From contig JAAZXP010000001.1 of the NCBI GenBank assembly GCA_014240055.1, positions 619-64,618 on the forward strand: a stretch of 64,000 nucleotides of DNA, given 5' to 3'. The notes below the pieces were generated by a model. It saw only the letters and a list, made by a program, of their open reading frames with translations. It had not been told where the DNA came from and made no database searches. The first letter of the stretch is position 1. Every line of letters starts with the position of its first letter. Shown here piece by piece: positions 1-7,980 of the stretch. This DNA comes from Methanobacteriota archaeon. GTDB taxonomy: Archaea; Thermoplasmatota; Poseidoniia; MGIII; CG-Epi1. Both the position numbers and the translations under genes were made by a program.

Positions 1-2345
1 AAAATAAAGATCGTTTTTCCATAGATGTAATGTCGCTTTCATTAGGAGGTGTCATTACTATTCCTGGAGCTACTAACACAGGTTCTTCTTCTATTTCACA
101 AGCTTTAGATACGGCCGTTGAAGCGGGAATTGTTACTGTTGTAGCTATTGGTAATGGTAATTTGGGTATCGCAGCCCATCCTTCTTCAATATCATATCCG
201 GGAGACAGTGAGAAGGCCATAACTGTAGGTTCAGTAAATGATGAGCACAACAGAGAAATTTATTCTTCACGCGGCCCAACTGGTGATGGCAGATTGAAAC
301 CCGATGTTATGGCGCCAGGTGGTGCTATAATGTCAGCTTCTGCAGGCTCAGGAGATGGATATGTCTCATATTCAGGTACTTCAATGGCTACTCCGCATGT
401 CGCAGGCGTTGCAGCACTGCTCCTTCAGGCTAATCCCAATGTTGAACCTACCCAAAGTTCAGATTACGTTAAGCAGATATTGAGAGAGACCAGTGATCAT
501 AGAGTTCCTTTAGATATAGACTGCGGAGAACTTTTTACTCCAAATAATTGTTATGGTTGGGGCACGGTAGAATTAATTGGTGCCGTATCTCGTGCTCAAG
601 ATTTAGATTCTTCAATGTTTACCGGTTCCTCTGGTATTCAATCAGAGACTAATGAAACATTTGATGTTTCAATGGATCATACTATGACTGAGTATACTAA
701 TAGAGGAAAAGATGGAGGTACAATTCAAAATTATTTCAGTGGAAGCCCATTGCCTGATGAAGTTAGATATGTAATAAAGTATTCCAGTTCTTGGCCTAAG
801 CCTTCGAAATTCACTATTGATCCTAATACAGCCTCTGGTATTGATGCTGAAACAAACATCAAATCTGTTGTCGAAGTGGACAATAAATGGGTTATTGAGG
901 CTAGTTTCAATTATACTGGTCAATTAAGTGCGGGTACAATTGCAACTAATTCACCTGAATTTATTTTTGACATCCAAGCTCCTAGTTTTGATGATGTAAC
1001 AGTAGTTAGTGTTGATTACTTTTTAAACGATATGCAAGGTAAAAGCCAAAGTATTTCAGTTTCATCTTTTACAGATCTTCCAGATTTATTTATAGAAGAA
1101 TTACTTGTTCCTAATTCAATGTCATCAGGTCAAGAAGTAGTAGTTACAGCTAGAGTAGTTAACGAAGGTCCAGGTCCTGCACGATACTTTGAGGTTGATT
1201 TTTATAATGATGACGTAATATTTCAAACTATTGAGACTTCAAGCAAGTTACCTTCCAATGAAGCTGTAAATATCCAAGCTAATTGGATAGCTGAAGAGGG
1301 GAGTCATGTTTTGAAGGCAGTAATCAAGCAGACCAGTCCTCAGGATGCCGATAATTCTAATCAAGAAATTCAACTTAATGTTCAGGTAGATAGTTTTATG
1401 GATTTACAATCTCCTATGGTTTTCATAACTGAGCCTTATCAGAATGAAGTCGTCTCAGATTTATTTATTGTTAAAGGTACTGCCAGTGATGATAACAATA
1501 TAGTGAAAGTTGAAGTTCGTATTTCTCCAAATGAATGGCAAGTAGCTAATGGCTTTCAAGACTGGGTTTGGGCTTGGAATACCAGTCAAGATCTTAATGG
1601 TCGCTATACCTTGGAATCGCGTTCTTTTGATGGATTCAATTATTCAAGTATATTTTCAGTAGATGTTGAAGTAACTAATGATGGAGCTAATAGAAGGCCT
1701 ACAGCCTCGATAAAATCAGATGTTAATGAGCTGTATGTTGCAGACAAGATAGTATTTTCAGGTAATGGTTCATCAGATGATTCTGAAATTTTAAAATATC
1801 AATTTAATTTCGGTGATGGCAAAGAAACTGGATGGCTAACCGATTCTTGGGTTGAATACTATTATGAAGAAGCTGGCGATTATGAAGTTCAGTTACAGGT
1901 CGAAGATGATGAAGGTGTGAGATCTTCTTCAGCAGATTCTATAAATGTAAAAGTATTAGATAAAGCACAAAATAGTAAACCTGTAGCTGTCATTAATTCA
2001 CCTCAAATCAATAGTGTTTTTGAAAGTAAATCCAACATTCAATTTTCAGCGCAGGGTTCTTTCGATTCGGATGGTGATGAAATGCTATTTACTTGGTCAA
2101 GCAGTATAGATGGTCAATTCTATGAAACCTCACTTTTATTCTTCCAACTTCCTTTGAGTGAAGGTGTCCATGTTATAACATTGACAGTTTCTGACTCTTT
2201 TTTATCTGATTCCGTTTCAACACAAATTACAGTTACAGTTTCAGATGAATCATTTGATGAGCAAGATCCACTTTTGCCCTCATTGAGCATACTTGCAACA
2301 ACTATTGTTTTAGCAATAGTTACACTTTCTAGACGTAGATTTTAA
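1..2345 (+). CDS. Subtilisin-like (S8) serine protease, 5'-truncated by the window edge, with PKD-like repeats and a C-terminal membrane anchor
   Basis: The frame stays open back to nt 3 (NKDRFSIDVMSLSLGG, the subtilase DV.NMSLGG region), so the ATG at 30 is internal. Oxyanion region AIGNGN; catalytic Ser motif SGTSMATPHVAGVAALL (about nt 375-389). The C-terminal half has CARDB-like and two PKD-like modules (YQFNFGDGKETGW; FSAQGSFDSDGDEMLFTWSS). It ends PLLPSLSILATTIVLAIVTLSRRRF. Confidence 0.9.
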   Translation, partial: NKDRFSIDVMSLSLGGVITIPGATNTGSSSISQALDTAVEAGIVTVVAIGNGNLGIAAHPSSISYPGDSEKAITVGSVNDEHNREIYSSRGPTGDGRLKPDVMAPGGAIMSASAGSGDGYVSYSGTSMATPHVAGVAALLLQANPNVEPTQSSDYVKQILRETSDHRVPLDIDCGELFTPNNCYGWGTVELIGAVSRAQDLDSSMFTGSSGIQSETNETFDVSMDHTMTEYTNRGKDGGTIQNYFSGSPLPDEVRYVIKYSSSWPKPSKFTIDPNTASGIDAETNIKSVVEVDNKWVIEASFNYTGQLSAGTIATNSPEFIFDIQAPSFDDVTVVSVDYFLNDMQGKSQSISVSSFTDLPDLFIEELLVPNSMSSGQEVVVTARVVNEGPGPARYFEVDFYNDDVIFQTIETSSKLPSNEAVNIQANWIAEEGSHVLKAVIKQTSPQDADNSNQEIQLNVQVDSFMDLQSPMVFITEPYQNEVVSDLFIVKGTASDDNNIVKVEVRISPNEWQVANGFQDWVWAWNTSQDLNGRYTLESRSFDGFNYSSIFSVDVEVTNDGANRRPTASIKSDVNELYVADKIVFSGNGSSDDSEILKYQFNFGDGKETGWLTDSWVEYYYEEAGDYEVQLQVEDDEGVRSSSADSINVKVLDKAQNSKPVAVINSPQINSVFESKSNIQFSAQGSFDSDGDEMLFTWSSSIDGQFYETSLLFFQLPLSEGVHVITLTVSDSFLSDSVSTQITVTVSDESFDEQDPLLPSLSILATTIVLAIVTLSRRRF

Positions 2346-2701
2346 TATCCACTGAATTCAACTTTGGATACTTCATTTTCCCATAGTATCAGCTTTACAA
2401 GAGGGTCTAGTTTAGGTTTCAATTGATTCCATATCCATTCAATTAAAACTTCACTAGTAGGGTTTTCCAGGCCGCTAATATCATTGAGATAGTTGTGGTC
2501 GATTTGTTTATAAATAGGAGAGAAGCTTTTTTCTATCTCATTAAAGTCTAAAACAAATCCACTATTCTTATCCATTTCTCCTTGAATATGGATTTCTAAT
2601 TTGAAGGCCAAACCATACAGATTACTGCATGGATGCTCTTTAGGAACTTTTGTTAGTCTACGGGCAGATTCAAATCGTATTATTTGAACAAGTTTATGCA
2701 T
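2342..2701 (-). CDS. QueD / 6-pyruvoyl-tetrahydropterin synthase-fold protein with an atypical (His-less) metal site
   Basis: Gapless similarity to the bacterial QueD/PTPS core (RFESARRL..VPKEHPCSNLYGLAF...DFNEIEKSF.PIYKQIDHNYLNDISGLENPTSEVLIEWIWNQLKP). Cys25 and the DH pair are retained, but the three Zn-ligand His positions read R, Y and L. The start codon abuts the stop of the upstream MBL gene. Confidence 0.8.
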   Translation of the reverse strand: MHKLVQIIRFESARRLTKVPKEHPCSNLYGLAFKLEIHIQGEMDKNSGFVLDFNEIEKSFSPIYKQIDHNYLNDISGLENPTSEVLIEWIWNQLKPKLDPLVKLILWENEVSKVEFSGY

Positions 2702-3478
2702 CTAAAGTTCGATTACGTCTCTTGGTTCTGGCATAATCCATCTTCTTTGCTTGTACTTTTTTAGAATGTCAGTCTTATCTTTACGCAAATTTCTATTAAC
2801 GTGAATTAGGGCCATTTTCTTTGGTCTTGCCATATCATCTAATCTTTCTAATTGTTGCATTGAACAGTGTGTTTTAGTTCCAATATTGATGGTTTCTCCT
2901 TTAGGATTTTTGACAGTTCCGTCCATAGTATAAGCATCATGAACTAATAAGTCTGCATTTGTATAAAGTTTGGATGCAGTTGGTGTAAACATACCATCAC
3001 CAGAATAACAGAATACTTTGGTTGGGCTGCCAGCTTCGAGCCTTAGTCCAAGATTTTGAACTGAATGTCTGGTATTTACAACTCTTAAATTCCAGTCATC
3101 CCAGCGGTGAGATCTTTGTAATTCTCTAAATCTTAGAGTAAATGTTAGACTGGCGACCATTCCAGGGTAAGCGAATTCCATTAATCTTTCAACATTTCGT
3201 TGTGATCCTACAGGTCCAAAAAGATAGAAAGGTCGGGTTCGTCCATCTTCTTCCATTCGTTTCATTAAGGCAGGTAGTCCGAAGACATGGTCTGCGTGAA
3301 AATGTGATATAAATATTCCATCAAGATAATCTGGTCTTTTTGATTGATGCCATACTGAAGGTGGTGCAGTAGCTCCACAGTCCACTAACATTCTTCTTCC
3401 TGCAGCTTCTACTAATATGCAAGTATGCGTATAATCATTATCGAAAGCTTCTCCGACACCTAGAAAAGTAACTTTCAT
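2702..3478 (-). CDS. Metallo-beta-lactamase-fold hydrolase (short RNase Z/ElaC-like)
   Basis: HxHxDH motif SHFHADHVFGLP. Further candidate ligand positions are NTRHSV, YSGDG, LLVHDAY and KTHCS. 258 aa. Confidence 0.8.
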   Translation of the reverse strand: MKVTFLGVGEAFDNDYTHTCILVEAAGRRMLVDCGATAPPSVWHQSKRPDYLDGIFISHFHADHVFGLPALMKRMEEDGRTRPFYLFGPVGSQRNVERLMEFAYPGMVASLTFTLRFRELQRSHRWDDWNLRVVNTRHSVQNLGLRLEAGSPTKVFCYSGDGMFTPTASKLYTNADLLVHDAYTMDGTVKNPKGETINIGTKTHCSMQQLERLDDMARPKKMALIHVNRNLRKDKTDILKKYKQRRWIMPEPRDVIEL

Positions 3479-3666
3479 GCTACTCCTCCACTAACAAATT
3501 GCGTTGATATGTTTAATTTTGGCTTATATCTCAAACTATGTTTCATATTCATTATTTCTCACCTTTACAAGGACTGCAGAAAGATAATCTGCATAAGTTG
3601 TATTTTTTCCAGACAGGCCAATTATATAAAACTAATTCATAACCTTTATCATACACCAGTAAAAAA

Positions 3667-4188
3667 TCATCTATTTCTTCTTCTAAAACCTTCTAAATAT
3701 TTGTAAACTGATCCATGTTCAGAACCAGCAAGTACCATTGAAACAGCTACTTTAGAAGCCTCTAAACCATCTAAATCAGAAATAATGGAAACTGTGTGGC
3801 CTTGTATTGCTAAATCACATCCAGTCATTTCTTCTATAATTCTTCTAGTTTTCCCTTCTCTACCGATAAGTCTCCCCCTAATAATGCCTAATCTTTTCTT
3901 TGACCTACCAACATAATCTCTAATATCGACAACTTCCAAATAGTAATCCATTTCTAGTAATTGGTATGCTTTTTCTGGATTGAATCCCCTCCCAATTGCT
4001 CTTGCTGCACTTATTAATTGTAGCCCTTTAAGAGGATCTTTCATGTTTTGTTCACTGATCTCTATAATTCCTTCATCAGATTCAATCAATAACTTGCATC
4101 CACTTAATTGTTCAAGTTTTCTTTTTGTTTTACCTTTAGGCCCTATGACTGCACCTACTCGAGACAGTGGAACTTTTAGATAATTCAT
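3667..4188 (-). CDS. KH-domain RNA-binding protein (Dim2/Pno1-like)
   Basis: Two KH modules with GxxG loops (VGAVIGPKGKTKRKLE; RGRLIGREGKTRRIIEE). It sits in the conserved archaeal aIF1A-Rio1-KH neighbourhood and overlaps the Rio gene by 1 nt. Confidence 0.8.
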   Translation of the reverse strand: MNYLKVPLSRVGAVIGPKGKTKRKLEQLSGCKLLIESDEGIIEISEQNMKDPLKGLQLISAARAIGRGFNPEKAYQLLEMDYYLEVVDIRDYVGRSKKRLGIIRGRLIGREGKTRRIIEEMTGCDLAIQGHTVSIISDLDGLEASKVAVSMVLAGSEHGSVYKYLEGFRRRNR

Positions 4189-4925
4189 TATTCGAATATC
4201 TCCTTTTCTAGATTTGGTATTTGCTTTCTCCAGTATCGATACATGTTTTTCATATCTCTTGTGTGTAATTCTTTGTACAGAGGGTGTCCTTCTGGTACAG
4301 CTTGTCCTACGTCGATGATATAAGGTTTTTCTCTTACATTTAAAATATTATATTCACTGAGATCGCCATGGCTCAACTTATTTTTACGATATGAATTGAT
4401 AGAAATTAGCAAATCATTTAGAAAATTCTTTGGATCTTCAGGTATTAATTCTCTAATTGTGGGATATGGTCTGTATCTCCATCCCATATATTGCATTACA
4501 ACAATATTTTTGTGAACATGAAATGGTTTTGGTACGTTAGTACCACTGGCATGCATTGAGTGTAAATTTTTGTATTCTTTTTGGGCCCAAGTAAACACTC
4601 TTTCGCGATGACTGTTGCCACTACTTTTAAATCTTGGATCTCCCTCAATATACTTTTCAAGTTTTCTGAATGTAGCTGTGTTTTGTCGATATATTTTAAC
4701 GGCTCGATTTCGACCATCAAAGGTTTTTGCTCTGAAAACATTAGCTTCCTTGCCTGTTGCAATAATATTTTCTAATGTAGAAATAATTCCTCTGCTGAAC
4801 ATTTGCTGAATATTCTTTAGTGTGTTTTCATCGAATACATCATCAATAGTTTTTCTTCCTTCTCTATCTTTGGATTGGATAGTGCGGCCGATATTCCAAT
4901 CTAGACTCTCAATATTAGTTCGCAT
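4188..4925 (-). CDS. rio1: RIO-type serine/threonine protein kinase (Rio1-like, no N-terminal wHTH)
   Basis: ATP-loop region ATGKEANVFRA, catalytic loop HGDLSEYNIL, metal-binding IIDVGQAV. 245 aa. Confidence 0.88.
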   Translation of the reverse strand: MRTNIESLDWNIGRTIQSKDREGRKTIDDVFDENTLKNIQQMFSRGIISTLENIIATGKEANVFRAKTFDGRNRAVKIYRQNTATFRKLEKYIEGDPRFKSSGNSHRERVFTWAQKEYKNLHSMHASGTNVPKPFHVHKNIVVMQYMGWRYRPYPTIRELIPEDPKNFLNDLLISINSYRKNKLSHGDLSEYNILNVREKPYIIDVGQAVPEGHPLYKELHTRDMKNMYRYWRKQIPNLEKEIFE

Positions 4926-4927
4926 TA

Positions 4928-5392
4928 TCAGTAAATATCTAGTATTTCCGGTATCTTACCACGTCTTTTTAAATTTGAAGTTTGAGTAGGTGTATATCTA
5001 AACTTAACATCAGCTTTACTATCTTGGAACGACCAAGGAACTACAATTAATAAATCATTTTCTCTTACCCACATTCGCCTTCTTAATTTTCCAGGAATTC
5101 GCCCCATGCGCCTTTCACCATCTTCACAAATCAATTGTAAACGAGATCCTCCTTGGAATGTTTCAGCTACTGCAAATATTTCCCCTTTGGGTCTGTACGG
5201 TAATTTTACTCTTAGATTTGCTTCATCAGGTGGTGGTTGATTCTTCTTTGATTTTTTACCCTTATTCTTTTTAGAATATGTTGGTTTCTTTTTGGTATCT
5301 TCTTTCTTTTCTTCAACCTTTTCAGTTTTCTCTTTATCTGATACTTTCTCTTCAGAGTCTACTTTTTTATCTTCTTTTTCTGACGATGCCAC
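4928..5392 (-). CDS. eif1a: Translation initiation factor aIF-1A with a long charged N-terminal extension
   Basis: OB/S1 core GEIFAVAETFQGGSRLQLICEDGERRMGRIPGKLRRRMWVRENDLLIVVPW. GTG start at 5392. The first ~58 aa are Lys/Glu-rich low complexity with no internal start codon. Confidence 0.9.
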   Translation of the reverse strand: MASSEKEDKKVDSEEKVSDKEKTEKVEEKKEDTKKKPTYSKKNKGKKSKKNQPPPDEANLRVKLPYRPKGEIFAVAETFQGGSRLQLICEDGERRMGRIPGKLRRRMWVRENDLLIVVPWSFQDSKADVKFRYTPTQTSNLKRRGKIPEILDIY

Positions 5393-5465
5393 ACTAGTGT
5401 TCTATACACTTCCCATATAAGATTGCCGCCCGAGCTCTTATGGCACCCTTCCCAATTAACTTACA

Positions 5466-6500
5466 ATGAGTCTGCGTAGAACTCCACTTTCTAATCATCA
5501 CAGAGAACTTGGAGCTAAGATGGTTGATTTTGCAGGATGGGAAATGCCGATACAATATAGTAGTATAATCTCAGAGCACAAGTCGGTTAGAGAGGCTGCA
5601 GGTATTTTTGATGTTTCTCATATGGGTCAAATATTTGTCAAAGGTTCAGATGCAGTGAAGTTTCTCTCTTTTGTTACAACTTGGGATATGTTGAGGCAAA
5701 AGGATGGTGACTGTAGATATTGCCATATATTGAATCATAAAGGCCAGATAATAGATGATACTATAGTTTATACAATAAGTAATACTGAATATTTGTTAGT
5801 TCCTAATGCTTCTAAAATAAAGGAAATAATGGATTGGCTATTAGATAATTCGAATGATTTTAACGTTATTATTGAAGATTTGTCAGATTCCTATTTCTGT
5901 TTAGCGCTTCAAGGCCCTGAAGCTCCTAGATTACTGGGCCAACATCTCAATACTTCTGTAAATTCATTTCAATTAGAAACATTGAATGATGTTATAGTGA
6001 GTGGAACTGGCTATACTGGAGAAAAAGGTTGCGAAATAATAGGTCCTCTAGATCAGGTTGAAATTCATTGGGAAGCCTTAGTTGATATGGGTGCAATTCC
6101 TATAGGGCTTGGCGCTAGAGATACTTTACGCTTAGAAAAAGGATATCTTTTATCGGGTCAGGATTTCAAAGGAACCGAAACTACATTGGATACAAATTAT
6201 GCTTGGGTAATAGATTGGAACCATGAATTTATTGGGCGAGAAGCTCTTGTTTTGCAAAAACAGAGTGATTATTCTAAATTATCTGGAATTTTACTAGAAG
6301 ATAAGGGAGTCTTAAGGCCCGGCTGTTCAGTATATTATAATAATAATAAAGTATCAGAACTTACTAGTGGTTCTTTATCTCCAATATTACGTAAGGGTAT
6401 TGGATTGTCTTATATTGATTTGGATATCGATTCGGAAGTTACAATTGAAGTACGCGGTAAGCACTTAAATGGACGTGTAGTGAGAACGCCATTCCTATGA
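5466..6500 (+). CDS. gcvT: Glycine cleavage system T protein (aminomethyltransferase)
   Basis: RTPL..HH.ELGAKMVDFAGWEMPIQY, AGIFDVSHMGQ, GARDTLRLEKG, and C-terminal IEVRGK....VV..PF. Confidence 0.92.
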   Translation: MSLRRTPLSNHHRELGAKMVDFAGWEMPIQYSSIISEHKSVREAAGIFDVSHMGQIFVKGSDAVKFLSFVTTWDMLRQKDGDCRYCHILNHKGQIIDDTIVYTISNTEYLLVPNASKIKEIMDWLLDNSNDFNVIIEDLSDSYFCLALQGPEAPRLLGQHLNTSVNSFQLETLNDVIVSGTGYTGEKGCEIIGPLDQVEIHWEALVDMGAIPIGLGARDTLRLEKGYLLSGQDFKGTETTLDTNYAWVIDWNHEFIGREALVLQKQSDYSKLSGILLEDKGVLRPGCSVYYNNNKVSELTSGSLSPILRKGIGLSYIDLDIDSEVTIEVRGKHLNGRVVRTPFL

Positions 6501-6874
6501 GTGAAGTCCCAGATAATCTGTCGTATACTAAAGATCATGAGTGGATGCTTATTGACGACGATGGTAAGATAAGAGTAGGCATTACAGATCATGCACAAGA
6601 TGCATTATCTGATGTAGTATTTGTCGAGCTGCCAGAAATTGGCTCAAAATACTCTGAAGGTGATGCTATGGCTGTGGCAGAATCAGTTAAAGCTGCTAGT
6701 GATATCTATGCTCCAGTTTCGGGTGAAATTGTAGAAGTTAATGATAAACTTGAAGAGTCTCCTGAATTAATTAACGAATCTCCATACGAGTTCGGTTGGA
6801 TGGTAGTTATGGTTCCAGATAAAAAATTAGAAAATAGTTTAGATTCTGAATCGTATCGGAAATTAATTGATTAA
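6497..6874 (+). CDS. gcvH: Glycine cleavage system H protein
   Basis: YTKDHEWM and the lipoyl-lysine motif AVAESVKAASDIYAPVSGEI. 4-nt overlap with gcvT. Confidence 0.93.
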   Translation: MSEVPDNLSYTKDHEWMLIDDDGKIRVGITDHAQDALSDVVFVELPEIGSKYSEGDAMAVAESVKAASDIYAPVSGEIVEVNDKLEESPELINESPYEFGWMVVMVPDKKLENSLDSESYRKLID

Positions 6875-7862
6875 ACATCTTAAGGTAGTTGAAACGGAAG
6901 CCCAAAAAGCTAAATTATTTTTAGAGGATTGTAACGCATTAAATGATGATTTTTTACCTATTAAGAAAGCCGGTTTTGTTCTTTGGCCACTAAATTTTGA
7001 AGTGAAAGGCGAAATAGTAGTGTGTGAAGGCTTATCATCAAATCGACTTTCACGTGATTATAGGCTAAAACTCCCCCTAGAATTAAGAAATATTGCACCA
7101 AGGGCTTTTGATATATTTGGAAGTATGGCGATAATAAAAATAAATGATGAAATTATGGATTTTTCAGACATAATTTCTAAAACTTTACTTGCTTCTAATC
7201 CTAATATTGACAGAGTCGCCTTAGATATGGGAGTTAAAGGTGAGTTTCGTATTAGAAAATTAGTTATGATTCAAGGAGACTCAAACTTTATTGGACTCCA
7301 CAAGGAAAACGGTTTGAAACTGAAATTGGATGTTTCTAAAGTTTACTTTTCACCTCGTTTAGCTATGGAGCGTAAGAGGATAGTTGACTATGCAGTTAAA
7401 GGTGAAAGCATTCTTGACGCATTTGCAGGGGCCAGTCCATTCTCAGTAGGTTTAGCTAAGAAGGGTTGTACGGTTACATCCATAGATTCTAATCCTGAGG
7501 CTGAGAAGTGGTCGCATGAAAATTTTAAATTGAATAATATTAAAAAAGAGAATTATGAATTCATAAATTCAAAGATAGAAGATGTAATACAAGATTTGGG
7601 TGTTTATGATCGGATAATAATGAACAATCCAACAAATCCATTGCCCTACTTAGAAGATTTAAGCTCATTATTGAAACCTAATGGTTTCATTCATCTTTAC
7701 AAAATAGTTGAAAAAGATGAAGGATTCAAGGTTGCCAACTACTTAAAATCGGGTTTCAAGTCCGTTTCAGAAAGAGTAGTTCATCCATACTCGCCCCAAA
7801 GCTCAATGATGGCTTTTGATATAACTCGAGCTGTTTCTAATGTCCGAAATACAAACCAGTAA
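6867..7862 (+). CDS. trm5: tRNA (guanine37-N1)-methyltransferase Trm5-like class I SAM methyltransferase
   Basis: FDIFGSMAIIK, HKENGLKLKLDVSKVYFSPRLAMERKRI, SAM motif ILDAFAGASPFSVGLA, catalytic-type IIMNNPT. 8-nt overlap with gcvH. Confidence 0.75.
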   Translation: MIKHLKVVETEAQKAKLFLEDCNALNDDFLPIKKAGFVLWPLNFEVKGEIVVCEGLSSNRLSRDYRLKLPLELRNIAPRAFDIFGSMAIIKINDEIMDFSDIISKTLLASNPNIDRVALDMGVKGEFRIRKLVMIQGDSNFIGLHKENGLKLKLDVSKVYFSPRLAMERKRIVDYAVKGESILDAFAGASPFSVGLAKKGCTVTSIDSNPEAEKWSHENFKLNNIKKENYEFINSKIEDVIQDLGVYDRIIMNNPTNPLPYLEDLSSLLKPNGFIHLYKIVEKDEGFKVANYLKSGFKSVSERVVHPYSPQSSMMAFDITRAVSNVRNTNQ

Positions 7863-7966
7863 GTTTTTATATGAGTTTGGTAAAAGAAGGGATTTCTTTT
7901 ATTAAGACCACGCGGATGACAGTAGACTGTTTCTGCTCCGGTAGAGATAGTATTAGGACAAAACGC

Positions 7967-7973
7967 GAAGGTG
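7967..7973 (+). promoter_or_regulatory. Shine-Dalgarno-like site (GAAGGTG) 7 nt upstream of the ATG of the 1784-aa gene
   Basis: GAAGGTG is complementary to the conserved 16S 3' end (CACCUCC-type anti-SD). TATA-like A/T boxes lie 75-115 nt upstream (7863-7905), implying a leadered mRNA. Confidence 0.45.
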
Positions 7974-7980
7974 TGCAAAA

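Noticed and set aside
3509-3706. 65-aa plus-strand ORF in the MBL/KH intergenic region.
   Set aside because: The translation is Ile/Phe/Cys/Leu-rich, typical of AT-rich non-coding DNA. It overlaps the 3' end of the KH gene and has no ribosome-binding or promoter signal.
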